Source: an uncultured Acidobacteriota bacterium
GTDB taxonomy: Bacteria > Acidobacteriota > UBA6911
Direction of reading: 5' to 3'
DNA length: 64,000 bases
NCBI GenBank assembly: GCA_963827655.1
Contig: CAWHCF010000023.1
Coordinates: forward strand, 288,001-352,000
Each line of letters opens with the position of its first letter. The stretch's first letter is position 1. Of this stretch, positions 31,421-40,863 are shown piece after piece. The notes under the pieces are model-generated. The model was not told where the DNA came from and did no database searches. It was given only the letters and a program-made list of their open reading frames with translations. A program made the translations under genes and the position numbers.

Positions 31421-31660
31421 TGTGGCGACGGTCTCATCCGAGACTGTTGCAAAACTCGCCCGGTTCATGTGCGGACGGGCTATCAAGCCCGTCCGGCCTG
31501 TCGAGAGGAAAATGACCTTGTTAGAAATAAGTCCTTTAATCGCGTTTACTTGCGACGGGCCAATGGCCCGTCGCCACAGGATGCCCGGAAAGCGTCTAAG
31601 ACACTCGGCGGGGTCGCAGCTGAGTTTCGCCACGGCCTCTGATGACCTGCGCCACAGACC
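31421..31660. repeat. REP/MITE mosaic, copy A
   Basis: Hairpins cggacgggctatcaagcccgtccg and gcgacgggccaatggcccgtcgc inside imperfect IRs gagactgttgcaaaactc / gagtttcgccacggcctc. Confidence 0.7.
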
Positions 31661-31696
31661 CAAGATCCAGGCGTTGACTGCGGTCGACCCCGGACA

Positions 31697-32725
31697 TTAT
31701 TCGCGTCCCGCTTTTGAATCATCCACATCGTGTACGAATTCCCAGCCGAAGCGCCCTTTGATGCACAGGTGGCCCCGCGTGACATCCGCATCCAGAGGAG
31801 AAGTGACCTTGACGATTCGGTTGTCCTGGACGTGCAAAGTCAGCGTGCAACCCACTCCACAGTAAGGACAAATGGTATCGGTTTGCGTCTGTTTCGATTC
31901 GTTCCAGGTTCCGGCGCGACGCATTTCAAATTCACTCATGAACATGAGCGCGCCGGTCGGACAGACCCCTATGCAGTTTCCGCAATAGACGCACGCCGAA
32001 TCTGGCAGTGGCACGGAGTACTCCGTCGAGATGCGCGCATCGAATCCCCTGCCCGCGACGGAGATGGCAAAAGTATTCTGCGCATCGGTTCCGCAGGCTT
32101 CCACACACTTGTAACAGAGAATGCACTTGCCATAGTCACGCATGTAAAGCCCGTTGTCGATTTTAGGCGGCTGCGTGACGGTGGCCGCCGTGGAGCCATC
32201 GGGTCGATCATGGTGACCCGGACGAGCCGTGTCCCGTCTCATGGGCGGCGAAGGGGCGGTTGGTGGACCAAACCGTTCGGGTCGAGCCCCATAAAGTTCC
32301 ATGTAGAGCTTCAAGCTGGGTGCCGTTGAGACGTCGACCGAAGAAGCGAGAAATTCGAGGATCAGGCGCCGGCTCAGCCGGACGCGCTCCGAGTCGGTCT
32401 TTACCTTCATTCCGGGTTCCACTTTCCTCGAGCAAGCGGGAACTAGAGCGCGGGAGCCTTCAACCTCGACGACGCAGATCCGGCAAACATTCACAGGCGT
32501 CAGAGTTTCGAGGAAACAGAGCGTGGGTATCTCGATCCCGAGGCTGCGGCACGTCTCCAGCAGCGTCACACTCTCGCTCACACAAACCTTCTGGTCATCG
32601 ATGGTGAGTTCCACCGTCCGCGACGGAGGCGGGACTGCATTGGCGGGGACAGGTCCGGCCGGTACGGGGGCCAACGACGGTCCCGCGCAGGAACTGACTC
32701 GATCTTCGCTATCCTCAACGCTCAT
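31697..32725 (-). CDS. 2Fe-2S/4Fe-4S subunit of NAD-linked formate dehydrogenase (NuoG/HoxU-like N-terminal module plus molybdopterin Fe4S4 domain)
   Basis: IPTLC..CRICVVE..C, CILCYKC..C, CVYCGNC..CP, TICPYCGVGC..LCIKGRFG. Confidence 0.9.
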   Translation of the reverse strand: MSVEDSEDRVSSCAGPSLAPVPAGPVPANAVPPPSRTVELTIDDQKVCVSESVTLLETCRSLGIEIPTLCFLETLTPVNVCRICVVEVEGSRALVPACSRKVEPGMKVKTDSERVRLSRRLILEFLASSVDVSTAPSLKLYMELYGARPERFGPPTAPSPPMRRDTARPGHHDRPDGSTAATVTQPPKIDNGLYMRDYGKCILCYKCVEACGTDAQNTFAISVAGRGFDARISTEYSVPLPDSACVYCGNCIGVCPTGALMFMSEFEMRRAGTWNESKQTQTDTICPYCGVGCTLTLHVQDNRIVKVTSPLDADVTRGHLCIKGRFGWEFVHDVDDSKAGRE

Positions 32726-32746
32726 GAACGCTCCCTCCGGTCTCTC

Positions 32747-34603
32747 TCAGGCCCGGAACATCTCGAAACGGTCAACCGCCGACTCGATGGCACTGGATGC
32801 AGTTTGCCCAAGTCCGCAAATCGAGGCATCGCGCATCACCTGTCCTATTTCTTTCAAAAGGACGAGATCCTCTTCGACCGATCCTGCGGGCTTCCCACCC
32901 ACGAGACGGTGCAAGAGTTCCTCCTGACGCACGGTACCCACGCGACAAGGGACGCACTGCCCGCAGGATTCGTCTCTGAAGAATGCTGCAACCCGCAGCA
33001 GAATACCCTTCAGATCAACCTCGTCGTCGAAGAGCATGACCACGCCTGAACCGAGCGCGGCGCCGATGTCACGTGTTCCTTCGAAGGTCAGTGGCGTATC
33101 GAGCTCCTGCGGCGATACGAACGAACCGGCAGCCCCCCCGAGAAGGATTGCCTGCAGGCGCCCGGTGCCGGCAACACCACCGGCCAGATCGATGAGTTGC
33201 CGGAGAGTGGTGCCAAAAGGGACTTCATAGACCCCTGGACGCAACACATGTCCCGAGAGGCAGAACAGCTTTGTGCCGGCAGAGGCTGCCGTGCCGATTG
33301 AAGCGTAGTTCTCGCCGCTTTGGAGGACGATGTCCAGCACGTTAATGAGCGTCTCGACATTGTTCACGACGGTCGGTTTTCCGAACAAGCCGGACTGAGT
33401 CGGGAATGGTGGTTTGTTGCGAGGCTCTCCGCGAAATCCCTCAATCGAATTGAACAGCGCTGTCTCCTCACCGCAGATATAGGCGCCGGCGCCGCGGCGC
33501 ATCTCGATCTCAAATCGAAAATCATGACCCAGGATTCTCTCACCGAGGAAACCACGCTTCCGGCAGCTTTCGATGGCGCGGGCGAGCCGGTCGAAGGCGA
33601 GGGGATACTCGCCCCGGACATACAGGTAGGATTGCTCACAGCCCGTAGCAAAGCCGGCAATCGTCATCGCCTCGACCAGGGCGAAGGGATCCCCTTCCAT
33701 TATGACGCGGTCCTTGAAAGTGCCCGGCTCCGACTCGTCGGCATTGCAGACCAGGTAATAGGGGCGATTCGCGGGATCCCATTTCTTCCCTGTGGGGAAT
33801 GCGGCCCCACCGCGCCCGCGCAGCCTGGAGTCAATTACCTCCCTGACGACGCGGTCCCGTCCTAATCCCAGGGCACGTCTCAGAGCATCGTAACCGCCGT
33901 ATGCCCGGTAGTCGTCCAGGCTTTCCGGGTCGGCTCGACCCAGGCGCCTCAGGATGCGCAGTTGGGGCTGACCCGCCTGGGGGGCCGAAACACGCGCATC
34001 GAACTCATCCGGCTGGCTGGGGCCGACGGAATCAGCTTGTCGCAAACCGGCAATGACGCCGCCGGCATCGGATGGCGCAAATACTTTCTCCCATGGGTTT
34101 GTTCCCGCGCTCGATAAAAGCGCCGCCGGCGCGCGCTCGCACAAACCCAAGCAGGGGCTTCGAAGCCAGGTCGACCGACCCTCGGAATCCGGGGAGCCTG
34201 GAGGTCCAAGCACGCGCTCCAGCTGTTCGCAGGTTGTCTCGGCGCCCCGGAGCCGGCAAGCTATGTCATCACAGACATGCATCACTACGGGCGAGCGCGG
34301 CGTGAGAGAGAAGAGTCCATAGAAGCTGGCTACGCCAAAGGCTTCAGCGGGAGGAACATCGAGCCGGAGGCAAGCGTAGTTGAGGGCGCCGGGACTTATC
34401 CAGCCGATATGCGCTTGGATGGCGTGGAGGACCGGCAGCAATAGATGCCGTTTCGCCTCGGTAAGACCTCCAAAGGCGATACGCCCTTCGGAATCGACGC
34501 GACGCGTCCCACCCGACCAGCCTGATTCCGCCGGCCCCAGGTAGCCGTCGACCGCGGCTCTCTCGGCCGCCGTAGCTATTGCTTCAGTTAGATTTAAATC
34601 CAA
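32747..34603 (-). CDS. NuoE-NuoF-like fusion (FMN/NAD-binding diaphorase subunit)
   Basis: CDDIAC, CLGLC, RGRGGAAFP, NADESEPGTFKDR, GAGAYICGEE, ESCGQCVPCR; TTG start at 34603 after GGAGG. Confidence 0.92.
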   Translation of the reverse strand: MDLNLTEAIATAAERAAVDGYLGPAESGWSGGTRRVDSEGRIAFGGLTEAKRHLLLPVLHAIQAHIGWISPGALNYACLRLDVPPAEAFGVASFYGLFSLTPRSPVVMHVCDDIACRLRGAETTCEQLERVLGPPGSPDSEGRSTWLRSPCLGLCERAPAALLSSAGTNPWEKVFAPSDAGGVIAGLRQADSVGPSQPDEFDARVSAPQAGQPQLRILRRLGRADPESLDDYRAYGGYDALRRALGLGRDRVVREVIDSRLRGRGGAAFPTGKKWDPANRPYYLVCNADESEPGTFKDRVIMEGDPFALVEAMTIAGFATGCEQSYLYVRGEYPLAFDRLARAIESCRKRGFLGERILGHDFRFEIEMRRGAGAYICGEETALFNSIEGFRGEPRNKPPFPTQSGLFGKPTVVNNVETLINVLDIVLQSGENYASIGTAASAGTKLFCLSGHVLRPGVYEVPFGTTLRQLIDLAGGVAGTGRLQAILLGGAAGSFVSPQELDTPLTFEGTRDIGAALGSGVVMLFDDEVDLKGILLRVAAFFRDESCGQCVPCRVGTVRQEELLHRLVGGKPAGSVEEDLVLLKEIGQVMRDASICGLGQTASSAIESAVDRFEMFRA

Positions 34604-34779
34604 AAAACCTCCCAGGCACCCCCGATATTCGCGCCCGTAGCTACCGGCGAACAAGCCTCATACTGGCGAGCAAGACAATGTGGCTTGTGGGCATTTCGTC
34701 GTCGCGACAGCAAAGTGCCAGGCCCGTAGTAGGGCCCTGGAGTTTGGACATTTCGCAAGGCACAGAGGCTCGGGTGCCG

Positions 34780-35090
34780 TTAACCAGGGCCGAAGGCGGA
34801 AGTGAATAGCCTCGCCGTGAGAGGCTGTGAGAAAATTCAGCGAACGGCTCTCGAAGGACCGGCAGCCCTTTGAACTTTTGTGGCGCGCGTCACTTAGAGG
34901 CCGTCGCCATGCCGGGTTTATGTGCGGACGGCTATCAAGCCCGTCCGGCCCCCTAGTGGCACAAATGAACTTTTAAGGGTAAATCCGCCCGATCACGTTA
35001 CCTGCGACGGGTCTGATGACCCGTCGCCACAGACCAATTGGCTCAAGCCTTCTTCTGCGCACTCCAAAGCCGCGTTCCTGGAGTGCTCAA
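34780..35090. repeat. REP/MITE mosaic, copy B
   Basis: Same two hairpins as at 31468/31551 with the same ~82-83 nt spacing (34921, 35003), plus gagaggctgtgagaaaa and a gcactccaaa..tggagtgc hairpin. Confidence 0.7.
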
Positions 35091-35137
35091 CCAGGCCGCC
35101 AACCATCCGTCGATGTTCCTCTGAGTCGCTGCAACCC

Positions 35138-37102
35138 TCAGGCTCCCAGAGGAGCAGCCGGAACACTCTCTTCTGTGGCGGCTGTGTCCGCCCCGAGCGG
35201 AGTTACGAGCTTCTCTATGCGGATCGCAGTCGCTTTGAATTCGGCGGTGCCCGACTTGGGATCAATGGCATCGATAGTAAGAAGATTGGTAGCCACATCC
35301 TCCGGGAAATGCAGTGTCATGAATGCGAGTCCCGGCCTCAGTGACGCATCATACCGGACGGACACTAGAACCGAGCCCCGACGGGAGCGCACGCGAATTC
35401 GCTCCCCCTCGGCAACGCGATAAAGATGCCCATCCTCGGGGGAGAGGTCCAGGGTCTCTATGCGCCGCAGCGGGGAATGATAGCGGGCGCTTTGCACGCC
35501 GGTATTAAAGGAATCCAGGCGCCGGCCCGTGGTAAGGCGAATGGGGTATTGTTCATCCAGGGTGTCCACCGGAGGCTCGAATTCGACGACGCTGAACGGC
35601 GCTCTGGGGCCGACCACCGGCCTTTCCCAGAGACGGCTGTGGAGAAAGAGCTCTCCCGGATGGGATTCATGGTAGCAAGGCCACTGGAGGCCGCCGCTTG
35701 CCTCGAGGCGCGCGTAGCTCATTCCTGCATGCAACGGGCTCAGCCTGCGTATTTCATTCCAGATATCTTCCGCGCTGGGGTGGCCCCAATCATGTCCGAG
35801 TCTCCTTGCCAGGCCACAGATAATTTCGATGTCATCGCGAGCGCCGCCGGGTGGGTCGAGGGCCTTACGCACGCGCTGGACACGGCGCTCGCTGCTGGTC
35901 ACTGTGCCTTCCGATTCGCACCAGCCGGCCGCCGCGGGCAAGACTACATGGGCGAGTTCTCCGGTTGCCGTGAGGAAAAGGTCTTGCACGGCAAGGAACT
36001 CAAGTCCCTTGAGAAGACGGACGGAGCGGTGCTGGTCCGCCTCTGAATGGGCCGGGTTTTCACCAATAACGTAGAGGGCATTGAAATCCCCTCGTTCCAT
36101 GGCCTGAAACATACCGCTCAGATGCAACCCGCGTTGGGGCGGTATCCTGGTATTCCAGGCTTGCTCGAATTTTTCGCGGAGCTCGTCGTTCTCCACATGT
36201 TGGAAGCCGGTCAATCGGTCGGGGATGGCTCCCATGTCACCGCCGCCCTGCACGTTGTTTTGCCCCCGAAGCGGATTGAGGCCTGAGCCGTAGCGCCCGA
36301 CGTGACCCGTGAGGAGAGCCAGGTTGAGCAGCGAAAGAACGTTGTCGACCGCATTATGATGCTCCGTAATACCGAGTGTCCAGCAAATCTGGGCACGGTC
36401 CGCACGCGCGTAGGCATGAGCCAATTGCCGGATCACCGCTGCTGGAACGCCGGTGACCGTCTCGGCATATTCCAGCGTGTAGGGTTCCACGGCAACCTGG
36501 TACGCTTCGTAACCGCTGGTGGCATGTTCGATAAAGGAGCGATTCTCTAACCCGGAAGCGATGATCTCGCGCGCGATCGCGTTGGCAAGGGCGATATCCG
36601 AACCCACATCGATGCCCAGCCAAACATCGGCCCAGCGGGCGGAACTGGTCCGTCGCGGGTCGACGACATAGAGCTTCGCGCCCTTCCGTACGCCCTTCAG
36701 GACGTGATGGAAGAATATCGGGTGCGTCTCGCGAGCGTTGGATCCCCAAATAATAATGACGTCAGTATCCTCGATCTCGCGGTAAGAGCTGGTCCCCCCG
36801 CCCAATCCAAAAACCGTCGCCAGACCGACGACGCTTGGGGCGTGTCAGGTACGGTTGCAGCTATCGACGTTGTTGGTGCCGATAACCACCCGTGCGAACT
36901 TCTGAGCGAGGAAGTTGAGTTCGTTCGTGGTCTTCGAACAGCTGAAGATGCCGAAAGCCTGAGGGCCGTGTTTTTCGATCGCTCGGCGAAAACCCTCCGC
37001 CGCCCGGTCGAGCGCTTCTTCCCAGCTCGCAGGGCGAAGGCTACCCTGATCACGGACCAGGGGAGCTGTCAATCGCGCTTTATGTTGTTTTCCCATTGTC
37101 AA
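35138..37102 (-). CDS. fdhF: Selenocysteine-containing formate dehydrogenase catalytic (Mo/W-bisPGD) subunit, FdhF-like
   Basis: ORFs 36845-37102 and 35138-36805 are in frame across one TGA: DSCNRT-U-HAPSVVGL; PLRGQNNVQG, LTTGR, AEFK. Confidence 0.9.
36815..36833 (-). promoter_or_regulatory. Bacterial SECIS element
   Basis: CGUCGUC-GGUCU-GGCGACG stem-loop beginning 11 nt after the UGA; GGUCU apex as in the E. coli fdhF SECIS. Confidence 0.8.
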
Positions 37103-37381
37103 CCGTCATTCATCAAATTCAAGTAGGGTCGCGCAGGTTTGAAACCATCGTTTCTCACCTCGCAAGAGTTCCCGTCAGCAACTTATACATCAGTATCGGA
37201 ATGCTTTTGAAGCACGATCTAGTCTGCGCTGCAAATCGGATCTCCTCACGCGATGGCTCAAGTCAACGGTGTTGCTTGCGGCCGTCGACCAAGTGTTGGC
37301 CAAGGACAACTCTGGATTCTCGGAGTGGAAATGGCTTAGAATTCAGCCGTCATGGAAAGCAAGTGGAAGCCCTGTAAGTAA

Positions 37382-38167
37382 ATGGCTGCCCGCACTCGCA
37401 CGACGGACGAGGCAGATTCTCTGCCGTCAAGTCCAGGCGTCAGATACCCAACCGGACGAGTTACGCGCCGCCCTATCGGTTTCTTGCGCCTCAAAGTGCT
37501 GGAATCAGTCGCGACACTCGAAGCCCGCCGCGACGAACTCGCAGCCAAGCCTAAGGGGACCAAGGCGCTGCACGAATACCGCAAGCAAGCCCGCCGCGTG
37601 GCCGCGGGATACCAGTTGCTTGAACTCTTTCTCAAGCCCACCGAATACGCGAATGTCCATGCTCTGGTGTCGCAGTTGGCGAAGGGCCTCGGCAGATGGC
37701 GGGACGCCGACGTACTGGATAAACGGCTCGAGAAGCTCGCTGCACGAAAGTCCAGGGAGGTTCGAGAGCAATTCACCGAGTTGCGAAACAAGATTGCGGC
37801 CGGCGGCCGAAAGCGGCGCATCGCCAATGCCTGCAAGAGGTCATCCCGGAGACGCCTGCGCGAACCGGTTGAGGAGATTCTCGGGCGTGCCCGCGCGCGA
37901 CTTGTGGATCCGCTGGAACTTCTACGTAAACGATTGTGCCTGAGGGCACCGTCCGCGCTCCGCAGTACGGCAACAACGCAAGATCTGCACGCATTCCGCC
38001 TTGAATTGAAGTCTTACCGGTACGCCCTTGAAACCCTGGCGCCGGAACCCAGGAGCGCCGAGGAGTTAACCGCCCGCCAGGCTCATCAGGTCACCGCCAT
38101 CCTTGGACGGCTTGTTGATGCCGAAGTGCTCGAAAAGACAGCGGCTGGCTATCGCATTGCCGCCTGA
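37382..38167 (+). CDS. CHAD-domain protein (3' end possibly chimeric)
   Basis: LHEYRKQARR, LGRWRDADVL, LHAFRLELKSYRYALE, LGRLVDAEV. Confidence 0.8.
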   Translation: MAARTRTTDEADSLPSSPGVRYPTGRVTRRPIGFLRLKVLESVATLEARRDELAAKPKGTKALHEYRKQARRVAAGYQLLELFLKPTEYANVHALVSQLAKGLGRWRDADVLDKRLEKLAARKSREVREQFTELRNKIAAGGRKRRIANACKRSSRRRLREPVEEILGRARARLVDPLELLRKRLCLRAPSALRSTATTQDLHAFRLELKSYRYALETLAPEPRSAEELTARQAHQVTAILGRLVDAEVLEKTAAGYRIAA

Positions 38168-39181
38168 TGTCTTCAAACTCTACCGAATGTGCTATTCAGG
38201 AACAACGGAAACGGCAAATTCAGCGATATAAAAGAGAAAGAAGGACTGAGAAAAAAAATAGGTAAAGGAAAGGGAAAAGAGATAGAGGACTATGAAAAAG
38301 AAGGTAGAAAGGACATCTATGTAGATAAAGACAAAACAAAGAATTTACTCTACAGCAACGAGGGACGGGGAATCTTCAAGGAAGTAGCGATGCAAGCCGG
38401 CGTTTTAGACAATGAAAAAGGAGAGATGGTGTAGGGAATGGGTTGAGACTTCAAGGACTATAACAACGATGGCTTGAATGATATCTTTAATACAGAACTG
38501 AGCAAGGAGAAGTTAAAGCTGTATTTGAAAAAGGGGAAGGGACTATATAAGGATGTAAACTTTACTTAGACACTGGGAGTAATCTAGTCACGCCACAACG
38601 GGAGAAGAGCAAAATTTCTAGACCTGGACAATGATGGGTGGAAGGATATTGTAGTCGCTGGATCCCACGTGATAGAGAATATAGAACTGTATGAGAAGGA
38701 GGAGAGATACAAGGAAAAATGATATTACTAAAGAAAAATGGGGAAAGGAAAGTTAAAAGATCTATAAAGAGAAGTAGGAAAGGATTTTCAGGAGGTAGGA
38801 GAGTTCAGGGGGCTAGAGTAAGGAGACTTAGATAGAGACGGGTCGCTAGAGGTCGTTGACTCGAGATTGAACGACGTGATGGTACTCTTAAAGAAGAAGG
38901 GAGGAAAAGATAATCACTGGCTCCTTGTGCAGCGGCGCGGGACCCGAAGCAATCTCTATGGAATAGGAGCAAAACTCAATAAACCACGGCTTCGGGAAGA
39001 GCTCTCTTCGAACACGTGACCACGGCGAATGGAATCTATTCGGCAGCGATAAGCGGCTCATCGGGTTGGCCAAGGAGGCAAAAATAGACTCCATGGAGAT
39101 CCACTGGAGAGCGGCACTCTTCAGAAGATGGAGAATATGAGCCCAGACCAGATGCTGACTGTTAACGAACGCGCGGAATGA
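38148..39181 (+). pseudogene. C-terminal half of a CRTAC1/ASPIC-UnbV (FG-GAP) gene, A-enriched with many in-frame stops
   Basis: One frame from ~38180 to ~38980 reads LPNVLFRNNGNG, DYNNDG, DLDNDGWKDI, GDLDRDG, NHWL, GTRSN..GIGAK despite stops. Confidence 0.75.
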
Positions 39182-40784
39182 TACGTGAGGGTGCTGGAAC
39201 GATGGTTCTTTGTATCTTTGTATAACAAGAAAAAAATCTGTTTTAAAGGCGACATAAAAAAGAAGAGAGAAAAAGAATATGAAAAGGATAAAGAGAATAT
39301 AAAAGAGAGAATATAGATATAGAGAAATAAGAGGAATATGTGGAGATAATAAGGTAAAGGAAAAAGGAAGAGTTGTGTGAGAGGTATATGTAAGGCAGCT
39401 ATAAACTAAAAGATAAGAAGATACACTAAGTAACAAAATGGCCACTGCGAAAGTCCTCTTGGGACTGAGTTTCATTCGGATTATCTTTCCGGGCTTGTCT
39501 TTAAGCCAAGAAAGGATTCGAGAGCAGGCCTTTTCCAGTCACAAGCGGCTTCGGCCGAGGAATTGCTGCAGGAAGGGTTGCGGGCCTATCGGGCGCGTCA
39601 ATTGAGCCAGGCCGTGGCGAAGTTAAAACAGGCATATCAATTGGCTCCGGCAAATCCGAAGATACGCCTGACTTTGTCCCCTTGCTTTATGAACACGATC
39701 CCGCCAGTGTGGATGCGAATCACTTGATGGAGTCGGTGGCCGCTAAATTCACCGATAATCTCGAGCTGCAACTGAAATTCCTGGATTACAGACTGCGAGT
39801 GAAGAACGACGCGAAATTGCCTTCGATGCTCGACCGCCTTCAGCACGCCATGGGCGGCAATACCCGATTTGCGTTCAACGTGGTTTACACGCTGGTTCGT
39901 TATGCGGCATCTTGAAGCGGCTCAAAAGCAGCTCGCGAGATTTCAGCCCGGCTGCGACCCAAGCTGCAAGGGCTTACGGAGCAGGATCTGAAAGCAACCG
40001 CTCACCGCGCCACGCAGCAAGATGCTGGTGAAGTGCATTTCATCGAGGGGCTGATTGCCGCCAGCCGTAACGACAAGGGCGAGGCGATGCGCCTGTTTCA
40101 AGCGGCGGATCGTTACGATTTTCCGGCGCGCGACTCGATGCAAATGCAGATGCTGGCTGAAGCTCTTTTCCGGATGGGAGAGCATCGATTGTCTAGCCAG
40201 GCCTACGAGGTTTACTTGAAACATTTTCCGCAGGATACCGATCGCCCGCATGAAGCTGGACTCAGCTACTATGGCAATGGCTCATGGAACAGCGCGCGGG
40301 ACAACTTGCGCAAGCTGCTGGAACAAGCGCCGCAGACTGCCAATCTCCATTTGTATCTGGGCCGGACCTCGCTGGAATTAAAAAACAATGACGAAGCGCG
40401 AAAGGAATTCCTGGAGGAACTGAAAGACGATCCGCAATCTTACCGCGCCATGGCGGAGCTGGCTTATCTGGCTTATCTGGATGGAGACAATGAAGTCTGC
40501 CGCGAGTGGCTGGATGAGGCCAGGTCGCTGAACCCAGCCTGGGTAGAAACCAACAAGGTCTGGGTCTGCTTCACAACAGGCTGGGACAGTTCGATCGCGC
40601 CATTCCATGCTTTGAACAGGTCATCCGCGAAAGACCGGGCGACTACAGGGCGCACTATCAGCTGTCGCAGGCTTATCGACGCATCGGAAACGAGGCCGAA
40701 GCCAAAAAACACGCCGACATATACGACGAGTTAATCGCAAAGGAAAAGGCGCGCCAGCTCGGTGAGAGAGCCACGAAGCTCTGA
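39178..40784 (+). pseudogene. TPR protein, multiply frameshifted; 5' part A-enriched
   Basis: TPR segments in ORFs 39682-39915 and 40033-40734 (HLYLGR, AELAYLAY); usual partner of CRTAC1 genes; boundaries approximate. Confidence 0.65.
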
Positions 40785-40863
40785 CTTCTTGCCACCAAGG
40801 GCCACCAGATGCTTCGCGATTCTTCGTATCTTTAAGTCTTAGCGGTTATCTGTGGGAAAACCC

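Noticed and set aside
31697-34603. Complex I nuoEFG or bidirectional hydrogenase hoxFU
   Set aside because: No other nuo or NiFe/FeFe hydrogenase genes are present; the genes follow an FDH catalytic subunit
36845-37102. Separate small gene or FDH pseudogene
   Set aside because: The stop is an in-frame UGA at the Mo-ligand position with a SECIS
38168-39435. Diversity-generating retroelement variable region
   Set aside because: Changes appear to go toward A rather than away from it; no reverse transcriptase or template repeat in the window
38888-39475. 195-aa hydrophobic minus-strand ORF
   Set aside because: Shadow of the A-rich strand (T-rich codons give F/L/S); the plus strand carries the recognisable CRTAC1/TPR remnants
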